Assembly (NCBI GenBank): GCA_003427395.1
Contig: BFEA01000018.1
Location: 5,256,891 to 5,318,362, forward strand
Source: Chara braunii
Lineage: Eukaryota; Plantae; Charophyceae
Reading direction: 5' to 3'
DNA: 61,472 bases
How positions within the stretch are numbered: the first letter of the stretch is position 1; each line of letters begins with the position of its first letter. The position numbers and the translations under genes were made by a program. Positions 38,030 through 49,389 of the stretch are shown piece by piece. The notes under the pieces were generated by a model. That model searched no databases. It was not told where the DNA came from and was given only the letters and a program-made list of their open reading frames with translations.

Positions 38030-39080
38030 CTTTATGCATGCTCTTCACACGACATATCTATCTACCAACGCCGTCTTTCAACGCCGCGGCTCGTACGCAG
38101 CAAGGAAGCATATCATACTAGCTGAAAAAGGCACTTGTGTGCTAAACATCCACTGGCAGACGCTGCAACGCCCCAGCTATAACGCATATCAAGACCATGA
38201 AAACCACGTTCTGCGGCCCAACAGTTGAGCATGAAGGGGCCACAAAAAGTACTAAGACATCAGTGAAACAGAAAACACCGATGACATGTACAGTGTACAG
38301 TATTTAGTAGTAGTCTACATACACCTTCCTTTCCCTTGCCACAAGTTGGCAGGAAGGTGATATGCGGTACAGCTGGGGCTTTCTGCACCACCTACACTGC
38401 CTTTTTCAGCGAGTATTATAGACATCGGTGTTTTCTGTTTCACTGACGTCTTCGTACTTTTTTTTTTTCCCTATTTTTTTCTCTCAACTTCTGTTTTTGC
38501 CTTTCACTACCTATTCCTGAGGCTATCTAGAGGGGACCCCTGCAAGCATAGTTTCCTCTCACTGTGAAGGGGAGATTTCATGTTGCCCCTTGCCCCTAAT
38601 GTTTAGGGTATAGGGTTGGGGCCGCAAGTGGGGGTCTATGACCAACATGGGTGTGAGTGTGAGCGCGAGTGGGTTGTGTGTGGTGTGTGGGAGAGGGTTG
38701 GCCATAGCCATTGCTGCTACTGGATGAGGGGTGCGAAACGATGAAAAAGGGAGGCGCAGCTACTGGCAGGTCTCGGTCTTCATACTTTTTGTGGCCCCTT
38801 CTCTTTTTTTTTTTTTTTTTTTTTTGGGAAGCCCAGGGTGTTGTAGAAGCCAAGGACTAAAGACCAACGGTGCCCCTTTCTTCTTTCTTGCTGTTGGAGT
38901 GCTGAATGTGGTTTTGACGCTCTTGATATGCGTTATGGCTGGCGCTGTGCAGCTACTGCATGTTTAGCAGAAGTGCCTTTTTCAGCTATTATATGCCCGC
39001 GTCGGTAGATAGATATGTGGTGTGAAGACAGAAAACAACGATGACATGCATCCAACTTCCTACCAACTTGTGGCAAGGTA
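38030..39080. repeat. Degenerate nested foldback (inverted repeat) structure
   Basis: 38030-38260 is inverted at 38775-39050 (e.g. ataacgcatatcaaga / tcttgatatgcgttat). An inner hairpin pairs 38245-38287 with 38421-38465, and 38334-38358 pairs with 39056-39079. Confidence 0.75.
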
Positions 39081-39183
39081 AAGGCTTCAAAGGGAAAAAA
39101 CACCAAAGGGCACACTTCCCACTGCCGCCCATGTCAGAAGGGCCCAAAAAAACAAAATCCACATCCCTACCTTCTTCCCCAGA

Positions 39184-39260
39184 ATACAACGTACGGTCAT
39201 TATAGCTGTATTTGAGGCATCTTTCAGTCTAGATACAGCTATAATGACCGTACGTTGTAT
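39184..39260. repeat. Perfect 28-bp inverted repeat with 21-nt spacer
   Basis: atacaacgtacggtcattatagctgtat (39184-39211) and its exact reverse complement (39233-39260). Confidence 0.95.
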
Positions 39261-41874
39261 AATAACTTGTATTCGGGGGAAGAAGGTAGACGACGTACAA
39301 ATTGCCAGTTGACAAGAAACAAGAAGAAAAAACACTCTATAGACTAACTAGTCCATTTATTTATATATCTCGTTCCTATTTAATTTACAATTCACACTCC
39401 TCCAAATTGGCCTATGGAATGGAGCGACGGCAAAGTGGAACCCTTAAGCAGAGTCGATTTCAGTCGCAGCTCCTGTTAAATGTCCCCCGCTCCACACCCC
39501 CTTCCCACCCTGCCCGCCCCCCCAACCCACCCACCCTTCCCCCGCTTTTTGTGTCATTTATATACTGTGTCGGCGACGACGTCGGCGTCGGCGTCTTTGC
39601 CACACACTGCATGGAGAGGACACACACGTGGTCATTGTGTCGGATGCCCTTCAGTGCACAGCTTCACTCATTTGCTGTGAGGTGTTGCTGGCAGTCGTTC
39701 CTCCTCGTAATTGCATTAACGCTCGCCAGTCGGTGAGCTGTCGGTACTCATTGCAGCAGATCGGCTGAAAGCACGTGCATCAGAGAGGTTTATCGCCCAC
39801 ACGTACCGTTACAAATACAATAACCAGTGTCCTTTGTGAGTGAGCGCTAACCACACGCTACACCCATCAGGCTAACCAGAGGTCCAGCATTCATTGATTC
39901 ACCATCCGTTCAAAACCAATTATGCACATGTTCCTCGCCTGGCGCATCGATTCATCATAGATTAGCAATGATCACTTACCTTCCAACCCCCCCCCNCNCC
40001 CNCCCCAAAAAAAAAAAAAAAAAAAAAGTTCGCCATAGTAGTAATAGTATGCATTTGCTAAACCCAGAGACAGCAATTTTCAGGATTTTGCCAGCCATAA
40101 TGTCTTGATGTCCATACAGTGCACTGGCTAAGCCGGGCCTGGCATATAATATCATATAGCCAAAATTGGCACAGACGGCGACTTTCAGAGTCACTGTCAT
40201 TGAATTATTTTGCGGGCGATGATCTAACCCTGAATGCCATACCAATATGACAAATAAACCAGAAAAAAAAAAAAAAAAAGAACGTCATTGACTGGCAGGT
40301 AATAATAGATGCTTGGTGAGAGCCTTTTTTTTTTTTTTTTTTTTTTAAGCACTTGCAGATTGAAGGACACACGTGTGAGTCCTGTTGACGCTTACTAGTT
40401 GATTGAATCGCTGATTGATCGAATCACTTGATTGATTGATAGATTGCTTGATTGGTCGATCCATGAATGTATTTGATGATTTGATCTTATATATTATATT
40501 CATATATTAATAATATTATACCAACTAATTAATCAAACAATTGACTCAACCCCTGAATGCGGTACGGGCACTCTTAGCACCGCCAGTGGATGATCTAGAC
40601 CACTCATCAGCTACTAGGTGACCACCTGTCGCCTGTCAACGATCCGCTGACCGTAATCTCCACACTCTTTTTTTTTTTTTGGATCTCCGCACTCTATGAG
40701 TAGCCATCCATGACTGACTACAAGTCACACTATGACGCAGGTGTACGGTGACGGCCGGAAGAACAACTACAGGCTGAGCACGAAATGACCGTCAAAATGG
40801 ATGACGCACGTAAAGAACCCTGCAGCGCAGCAAACAGTACAGCTCAGCTTGCGACTCCAGGCATGTTCACGGCACAAACCCCCGCGAGACCGAGAGTTCA
40901 CTATTTTTAGACCTGATCTACGTCCCTGGTTGAGTTTGGCAGCTGGGTGCCGCTGGCTTTTCTACCGCTGGCGAGGAGGCTACCTTGCTCCGCTCTGTCA
41001 CCCTCCTCCCCCCCCACTCCCCACCCCCTCCTTCCTTTCTCACGGGGGAGTCTCGTCGCCTCTGCACTGTTTGAATGACAGTAGTGAGAACGAAACAGCT
41101 TATCACTTAGTACCATTTCTCTGATGCACCCTTCACGTGACAGCGCTCTGTTTGTACGGGACTCAACGAGTTGCAGCAACCGGTAGTGACTTTGGTCTGA
41201 GCGAAGAAGACAGAGCATAAACATAAATGCCCAGAAGAGAGAAGATGAGCGACCGTCAACCCCTCGTAGCCTTGCAGAATTGAGTGAAACTTTACTTACA
41301 CTCCTTCCAATTCACGTGGTTCAGTGTCGAGATCTCTCTCAGCGTGACGCAAGCGTGACGAGAAACTGTAGCAATTGACAACAAGATCTGACTGAGTGTC
41401 GCTCAGTTGACACACTGTCACACACTGTCACACACTGTCACACACAGACCTGAGTTTCAACTGCGATGGCATCAGATCAGATGCGCGAAAAATCCTCTGG
41501 ATTTATCTGGGCCCGGTCCGTTCAACGATAAGATCTCCACCCCAGGCTGTCGTCCGTCTGAACAGAAAAAAAAAACAAGATCTGAGTATACAAGAACACC
41601 TGGAATACTTGACAGAAGAGAGGGATCAATCAGGGGAGAGAACGAACTTGACGCTCCTCCGACGCCTCCGTTCCATGCTTGCTACGCAGTCGGAGATGAA
41701 ACGAATGCGATGAGGCATCGATCACAGCCTAGTCTAACTTGGGCATGACGAGGCATCGTCAACAGCCCGTCCGCCTGAACGGGGCAGGAGATTCTGGACG
41801 TGGCGTGCCTCCAACTCTTCCGTTCGGTGTTCGCGACAAAACCCCTTTGGATGTGTGGGCACTGGGCAGGCATC

Positions 41875-42325
41875 GACGGCGGATGTCCGTCTGCTGGCGG
41901 ACATATGTACAAAAAAGTTGGAAAAAAAACTAACGTCTGTCTGCTGGCGGATACATGTACAAAAAAGTTGGAATAGAAAAACTTTGTTGTCGACATAGGC
42001 CCGGTACTGAACGACGGTCTGCCAACGGATGTGTGTCTGCTTGCAGACACATGTACAAAACAGTTTTAAAAAGTTGAAAAAAGAAGAAAAAAGTAGAAAA
42101 AAGTTAAAAAAAAAACTAATGTCCATCTGCTGGCTGATATATGTACAAAAAACTCGGAAAACAAAACTAAATTGTCGACATAGCCCGGGCACAGAATGAT
42201 GGTCGGCCAACGGATGTCTGTCTGCTGGAGGATATATGTACAAAAAAGTTGGAAAAAAAGTTAAAAAGATGTCTGTCTGCTGGAGGATATATGTACAAAA
42301 AAGTTGGAAAAAGGTTAAAAAAAAC
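41875..42325 (+). repeat. Tandem motif array (gtctgctggcggatatatgtacaaaaaagttgg) x 6
   Basis: Six copies separated by A-rich spacers, with a higher-order period of ~185 bp. Confidence 0.85.
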
Positions 42326-42364
42326 GAAAGTCCCAGGGAAAACCTGTCGTGATGACCGAAGACA

Positions 42365-42815
42365 TGGAAGGAGGGAGGAGGGGAGGGGCCCTAGTCTGGC
42401 CCGTCGGTATGAAATGGAAGCACAGCTGGCTGCCCCAGTGTGGCCGGTAGAAAGCAGAATCCGTCGTCATCACCCACAAATGGAATAAGTAGCGGAACTC
42501 GGAGCAGAGGAGGAAGGAGGGAGGGAGGAGGTAGGGCTCCTGGTCTTCCCGTCAGCCTGAAACGGAAGCACAGCCGGCTGGCCCGACGTGGCCGGTAGAA
42601 GGCAGAGTCGATCATCATCATCCACAAATGGAAATTTAGCTTACCGACGGGTCCCGGCTTTGCAAAAAAGGAAAGTCTACAGTGCGATGTCCCAACATCC
42701 AAGCCTTTCGGCAGATGTACTTATTGCCCAATCCAGGTTGTATACATTCCGCTGTCCCAACACGTAAGCCTTTCACCGCATGTACATATTGCCCAATCCA
42801 GGTTGTATACATTGC
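42365..42815 (+). repeat. Two adjacent direct duplications (~150 bp and ~65 bp)
   Basis: ggaagcacagc...ggccggtagaa...cacaaatggaa occurs twice. attgcccaatccaggttgtatacatt occurs twice. Confidence 0.75.
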
Positions 42816-42954
42816 ACATCAAAAATTGCAATGCAGCGCCCCACTGCCAGTGAGTGCTACAGACGACCGTCTGCAAATGGAGGTACCAAAATTGGAGAGA
42901 CCAACCGCAATGTTAATACATTATTATAAAAACTATCTATATGCATGTAACAGA

Positions 42955-43010
<56 letters not shown>

Positions 43011-43208
43011 TGTATGTAACAGAGTTAATGAATCATCATTGTACTTTTACATACATATCACATACCCAGACATCCACCGTCAAACAAAATGAACAGCACA
43101 GGAAGAGCCAAAGAACAGGTTTCAGTGCGCATCATGATATGAGCTATTTTCTTGATCTGGTTTGCAAGCTGTGCTTTTTTAGCTGACAGGTAAAACATGA
43201 CATATATA

Positions 43209-43471
43209 TGCCTATGGTTTGCCGGGCAGCTCTGTTGTCATATATAAATCGTCAAAAAGAGCTGCCCGGTAAACCGTAGGCAGAGAGGGAGGAGAGGACA
43301 ACAAACAAGGGACTGTGACAAACTGTTTCATTGGAGTTTCACCAGCTCATCAGGAGGCTATATCGTCGAACAGAACTGCCCGGAAAACCGTCCGCAGAGA
43401 GGGAGAAAAGGACAACAAACGAGCGGCTGTGACAAACTGTTTCATTGGAGTTTCACCGACTCATCAGGAGG

Positions 43472-43506
<35 letters not shown>

Positions 43507-44632
43507 TCGTCACAAATATATATATATCGTCAAATAGAACTGCCCGGTAAACCGTAGGCAGAGAGGGAGAAGAGGACAACAAACGAGGGGCTGTGACAAA
43601 CTGTTTCGTCGGAGTTTCACCGANNNNNNNNNNNNNNNNNNNNNNNNNNNNNNNNNNNNNNNNNNNNNNNNNNNNNNNNNNNNNNNNNNNNNNNNNNNNN
43701 NNNNNNNNNNNNNNNNNNNNNNNNNNNNNNNNNNNNNNNNNNNNNNNNNNNNNNNNNNNNNNNNNNNNNNNNNNNNNNNNNNNNNNNNNNNNNNNNNNNN
43801 NNNNNNNNNNNNNNNNNNNNNNNNNNNNNNNNNNNNNNNNNNNNNNNNNNNNNNNNNNNNNNNNNNNNNNNNNNNNNNNNNNNNNNNNNNNNNNNNNNNN
43901 NNNNNNNNNNNNNNNNNNNNNNNNNNNNNNNNNNNNNNNNNNNNNNNNNNNNNNNNNNNNNNNNNNNNNNNNNNNNNNNNNNNNNNNNNNNNNNNNNNNN
44001 NNNNNNNNNNNNNNNNNNNNNNNNNNNNNNNNNNNNNNNNNNNNNNNNNNNNNNNNNNNNNNNNNNNNNNNNNNNNNNNNNNNNNNNNNNNNNNNNNNNN
44101 NNNNNNNNNNNNNNNNNNNNNNNNNNNNNNNNNNNNNNNNNNNNNNNNNNNNNNNNNNNNNNNNNNNNNNNNNNNNNNNNNNNNNNNNNNNNNNNNNNNN
44201 NNNNNNNNNNNNNNNNNNNNNNNNNNNNNNNNNNNNNNNNNNNNNNNNNNNNNNNNNNNNNNNNNNNNNNNNNNNNNNNNNNNNNNNNNNNNNNNNNNNN
44301 NNNNNNNNNNNNNNNNNNNNNNNNNNNNNNNNNNNNNNNNNNNNNNNNNNNNNNNNNNNNNNNNNNNNNNNNNNNNNNNNNNNNNNNNNNNNNNNNNNNN
44401 NNNNNNNNNNNNNNNNNNNNNNNNNNNNNNNNNNNNNNNNNNNNNNNNNNNNNNNNNNNNNNNNNNNNNNNNNAGGCAGAGAGGGAGAAGAGGACAACAA
44501 ACGAGGGGCTGTGACAAACTGTTTCGTCGGAGTTTCACCGACTCATCAGGAGGCTGAATATATATATAGTCAAACAGAGCTGCCCGGTAAACCGTAGGCA
44601 GAGAGGGAGAAGAGAGGACAACAAACGAGGGG
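43209..44632 (-). repeat. Tandem array of ~114-bp units, each with a hammerhead-ribozyme core (Penelope pLTR/retrozyme-like); 850-nt gap inside
   Basis: Minus-strand unit: ...gggcagctctgtt(c/t)gacgatatagcctc-CTGATGA-GTCGG-tgaaact-CCGAC-GAAA-cagtttGTC-acagcccctcg... At least four units are visible. The array terminates in a hairpin (43209-43282). Confidence 0.75.
44513..44575 (-). ncRNA. Best-preserved hammerhead ribozyme core
   Basis: CUGAUGA (44549-44543), 5-bp helix II GUCGG/CCGAC with a 7-nt loop, GAAA (44525-44522), then CAGuuUGUC. Helix I pairing is imperfect. Confidence 0.6.
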
Positions 44633-44640
44633 GTGTGGCA

Positions 44641-45654
44641 GCGGGGCGAAGTGACCGAAGTCCCTACGGGGCCTACAACCGCCCCCCCCGGTTTTTTTTT
44701 TGGACCCCCTCGATTTTGGCGTGTGCCGCATGGTATGCGTGCGCGCTGCACGGTGCAGCGCATGTGCAAGTTGCAGCGCATGTCGATGCGCCACATGGCA
44801 TGTGCTCGCGCTGCGTGGTGCGGCGCATGTGCACGTTGCAGCGCATGTCGATGCACCACATGTATGATTGGAATGTATGCTGTGGCAATAACGTTCATAT
44901 GCAGTCAGACCAGAAATGTAAATATCAACTGTTAGAGATCTGGCAGCCTTTTATTTGGTATCAATCATACCTCTGTTTTTTTTTTTCCTCTCTTTTTTTA
45001 ATCAATCAGAAGTTTGGTCAGCCTTTTCTCTTCTCTTGGTTCGCAGGTTTTTTTTTCTTTTTTCTGTGTATTGTAAACAGAGGTGCTAGGTAAACCGTAG
45101 GCAGAGAGGGAGGACAACAAACGAGGGGCTGTAACAAACTGTTTTGTCAAAGTTTCACCAAGTCATCAGGAGACTGATATATTTTAAACTGTGTTGTCCT
45201 CCCTCTCTGCCTGCGGTTTACCTAGCAGCTCTGTTTAAAATACACAGAAAAAAGAACAAAAAACCTGCAAACAAAGAGAAGACAAAAGGCTGACTAAACT
45301 TCTGATTGATTAAAAAAAGAGAAAAAAGAAAACAGAGGTACGATTGATACCAAATAAAGGGCTGCCAGATCTCTAACAGTTGATATTTACATTTCTGTTC
45401 CGACTGCATATGAATGTTATTGCCACAGCATACATTCCAATCATACATGCAACGCGCATCAACATGCGCTGCAACGCGCACATGCGCCGCACCACGCAGC
45501 GCGAGCACATGCCAACATGCGCTGCAACACGCACATGCGCCGCACCGTGCAGCGCGCACGCATACCATGCGGCACACGCCAAAATCAAAGGGGGTCCAAA
45601 AAAAAAACGGGGGGGGCGGTTGTAGGCCCGGTAGGGACTTCAGTCACGCCCCGC
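44641..45654. mobile_element. Foldback element with ~470-bp arms and a 74-nt spacer holding a degenerate hammerhead unit
   Basis: 44641-45118 is the reverse complement of 45193-45654. The spacer reads aaactgttttgtcaaagtttcaccaagtcatcaggag, the same family as the array. Confidence 0.8.
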
Positions 45655-45976
45655 CGGTTGCAAAAAAATAAATAAATAAATTTGAGGCTGCGAATGCCCC
45701 GCAAAAAAAATAGAGCGGGGAGATCCAAATAGTTCATTTTTTGAACTGCCCGGACCTGCCCCACGCCGGCCCCCAGCCCGGCAGTCGACCTTGGTGCCCC
45801 AGCGGACCAGCGCCACACACTCCTTCACAGCCCCCGTGTGTCGTTGTCGCCTCGCCGTCCTTTTCTCGTGGGCATTACAGCAGGAAGCAGCCCCCCAGTT
45901 CTTCATTCAGCCATATCCCGTGCAGCTTCAAACAGCAGCACGAAGGATCCAAGGGTCGCAGCCACTGAGGGTCACA

Positions 45977-45980
<4 letters not shown>

Positions 45981-46053
<73 letters not shown>

Positions 46054-46273
46054 NNNNNNNNNNNNNNNNNNNNNNNNNNNNNNNNNNNNNNNNNNNNNNN
46101 NNNNNNNNNNNNNNNNNNNNNNNNNNNNNNNNNNNNNNNNNNNNNNNNNNNNNNNNNNNNNNNNNNNNNNNNNNNNNNNNNNNNNNNNNNNNNNNNNNNN
46201 NNNCTCTCTCTCTCTGTGTGTGTGTGTGTGTGTGTGCGAAAACTGTGCAGCTCCTCCTCCACATTTCTGCATT

Positions 46274-46356
<83 letters not shown>

Positions 46357-47075
46357 CTCTCTCGATCTCTCTCGATCTCTCTCTCGATCTATCTATCTCT
46401 GTGGAACCTGTGCAGTCCCTCCTTCATCATAGTTCTCTTCCTCCCCCACTTATCAGAGTGCTCCTCCACCCCCGCCCCTCGTCCCTCCTCGGTCGTCTCT
46501 CCTACTCCATCCCTCCTCCATTGTCTTTCCTCCATCCCTCCCCATCGTTCTCCTCCTCCTCAATCCTCCCTCGTCATCGATCTCCTCCTCCCTCCGTCGT
46601 TGTCCACCCTCCATCCATCATCGGTGTCGTCCTCTCTCCACCCTTCTCCCTTCCCTTCCTCTCTCCTCCATTCCCTCCCTTGTCATCGATCTCCTCCTCC
46701 TTCCGTCGCTGTCATCCCCCTCCCTCCATAATGCCGTCCTCCCTTTTTTTTTTTTTTCATAAATATGTTTTTTTAAGAGAGCTCCACTGCTCCCCCTCCC
46801 TCCTCCCTCTGTCGTTGTCCTCCCCCTCCCTCCATCATCATCGGCGTCGTCCTCCCTCCCCACTTCTCCCTTCCCACTCCTCCCTCGCTATCGATCTCCT
46901 CCCTCGTCATCGATCTCCCTCGTCATTAATCCCCTCCTCCCTCCGCCGTTGTCCTCCCCTTCCCTCCATTATTAGTGGCGTCCTCCCTCCGCCCTTCTCC
47001 CTTCCCCCTCCTCCCTCGCTATCAATCTCCTCCTCCCTCGTCATCAATCTCCTTGGCATCGAACTCCTCCTCCCT
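45981..47075. repeat. (CT)n microsatellites and pyrimidine-rich low-complexity repeat (tccctcgtcatcgatctcc)
   Basis: Read directly. Confidence 0.85.
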
Positions 47076-47510
47076 CAAAGAAAAAGGTCCAGGCATGCCT
47101 GCGCGCACCATGCGCGCAATTGCGCGCGGCATGCGCACTCCCCAGCGCACCGGTGCACTGCGCATTGAAGTGCCGTACAGTGCATAGCACATCGCGCATC
47201 AGTGCGCGCACCGCCAAGGGACTCGCGGCGCGCCGCGAACCGCACCGCATTGCACAGCGCATCGATGCGCCACAAGTACGATTCCAATGGATGTAGTGGT
47301 TCGAGCTCCACATACATTCCCATGGATGTACGCGTTCTGCTCAATGCTAACCTGCAACTTAATAATATTCACACAAAAAAAAATCTAATAATGCGCGCGA
47401 TCGTTGAGACGGACCGACCAGTAAGTCACATGACTTACACTTCCGATTTTTTTATTTTTATTTTTGAGAAAAAATTCAAAAAATGCATTCTTCTCTCAAT
47501 TTCACCTCAC

Positions 47511-47805
47511 ACTACCTACCTACCACTTCTCCTAATTTTACGCATACGGGGAACCCCATACCAGCGAGAACCGTGTTCACGAGAGAACATGCTGCATGCA
47601 GGGGCTGCTCCCGACCTGCAGCCCTGTGCCTCCTCTCAGGTGGTGGTCCCCACCCCTACGAACATCAGCAGACTCTGCTCAATGCCAATCGGCGGATCCG
47701 GTGGCCTATCTCTAGGTGGTGGGCGCCACGCATGCCCAGAAAGGCCAATGGGGATTGAACCCACCACCTCCTGAATGCCACTTGCCAGCCTTACCTACTG
47801 CATTA
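47511..47805 (-). mobile_element. Candidate tRNA-derived SINE
   Basis: On the minus strand: weak A box (gcagtaggt), B box GGTTCAATCCC (47761-47751), ~230-nt GC-rich body and a (GTAG)3 tail. Confidence 0.45.
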
Positions 47806-48357
47806 TTATTTCCGTACATTCACAGTGCTTCCATCTGATGAACTTAGTTATGTCCGTCCGGGCCTCCGTTAAAACAATAAAAATTAAAATTTTGCACGTT
47901 GCAAAAGACTTGCAATGATATAAAGAAGATTGGCATGGCCCCAGCACACTAGAATGACACATACAAATCAAGAAATGGTCCAAATCTGCAAAACACACTA
48001 GAATGATATTTCAATCATATTTGTATATTACAGAAAAACGATAACTGATAAATTTATTAATGCTTTGAAAGATCGCCTGTGCTCCAGAAAAGTAATACTC
48101 CGTGGGACAAGACTGGCTATCATTAAAAAAAAAAAAAAGAAAAAAAAAAAAGAAAGAGAGACTGGTGATCATATACGGCATCAATCCTGGCATCCGGGTT
48201 CTGCTTATACACCCTACACTCTCCAACTCTGCTTTTTCGCCAATCTACTGCTGAGCAGCTGACCATTAGTCCAGCGCTGCACGTGCTCTTTCATCGTTTC
48301 AGAAACACAGAAAAATGCACTAATAAATTAATAACTCAGAAAATGGCATTCTCTCTC

Positions 48358-48390
<33 letters not shown>

Positions 48391-48407
48391 NNNNNNNNNN
48401 NNGACTT

Positions 48408-48499
<92 letters not shown>

Positions 48500-48541
48500 G
48501 CTCAAGTACATGGAGTAAGTACTGAATGAACAGGCAGAGGG

Positions 48542-48579
48542 CTGTCTCTTATACACATCTAGATGTGTATAAGAGACAG
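48542..48579. other. Nextera mate-pair junction adapter (Tn5 mosaic ends) - sequencing/assembly artefact
   Basis: Exact CTGTCTCTTATACACATCT + AGATGTGTATAAGAGACAG. The preceding 48403-48541 duplicates the sequence around 50615-51007. Confidence 0.98.
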
Positions 48580-49334
48580 GCGAGAGAGTAGGTGCAGATA
48601 CATAGAACCAGTAAAAGAAAAGAAAATTTAAGAAATGGAAAAAATCATTTAAAAATGGTTAAAAGTGGCAAAAAGGCAAAATGTTCAAGGCACGATGGGA
48701 AGTGGAAAAATGTGATAGTACATGTTGTTATAATGGCTGGCTCCTTTTCAGCTGTTAAAGAAAGTTCCTTGCTTTTTTATCAGACTCCTTCGTTGGGATG
48801 AATGTGGCCACAGCTTCTCGTCCTTCCCGTCCTCATTCCCAGGGGCAAGGTCCGCCGCTAGGGGGGGGATAAATGGAAACAGAGCTTCAAAACTTTGGGG
48901 TTTTCTTTCCGTCCGCGTATGTTGTCACTTTATTGAATTTATTATTTATTGTTGTTCTGTTGTTGTCAAACGGAGCCAGCGGGGTAGAGCCAGGTTTGGA
49001 AGACAAAAAATGAAATCTCGGACATGTGAACGCCCCCGGCGGTTCATTGTTTGGACATGAACCTGCTTCGTCTCTGGCGCAAAACTGGGACTAATACTAA
49101 AGACTGTCCTCCTCCGGAAACCGGCGCATTGCTAGCGTAACCATCCTAGCCTTGATGAAAATTTAATAATAGATATTATTATAAAATATCATCATAAAAT
49201 AATGAACAAATTTCTTTAAAATCGGGCAAAAATGGTCGAAAGACGCGCCCAAAAGCTATCCTCCGGTTTACGCCATTATGATCTCAGCCTGTCAGTATGA
49301 GACCTACTGGTTTTCAGAGTAAACCATCCACCTC

Positions 49335-49335
<1 letters not shown>

Positions 49336-49388
<53 letters not shown>

Positions 49389-49389
49389 C
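49336..49389. repeat. Poly-C homopolymer (~50 nt)
   Basis: Read directly. Confidence 0.9.

Noticed and set aside
40585-40615. Minus-strand CTGATGA-GTGG...CCAC hammerhead-like motif
   Set aside because: Not followed by GAAA.
41875-42325. CRISPR-like repeat/spacer pattern
   Set aside because: Spacers are A-rich and themselves repeated, and the context is eukaryotic.
43472-44898. Long ORFs spanning N runs (also at 1.3, 7.2, 46, 50.7 and 59 kb)
   Set aside because: Length comes from untranslatable gaps and microsatellites.
48542-48579. Perfect 38-bp palindrome suggesting a Tn5 insertion or horizontal transfer
   Set aside because: It is exactly the Nextera mate-pair junction adapter, so it is an artefact.
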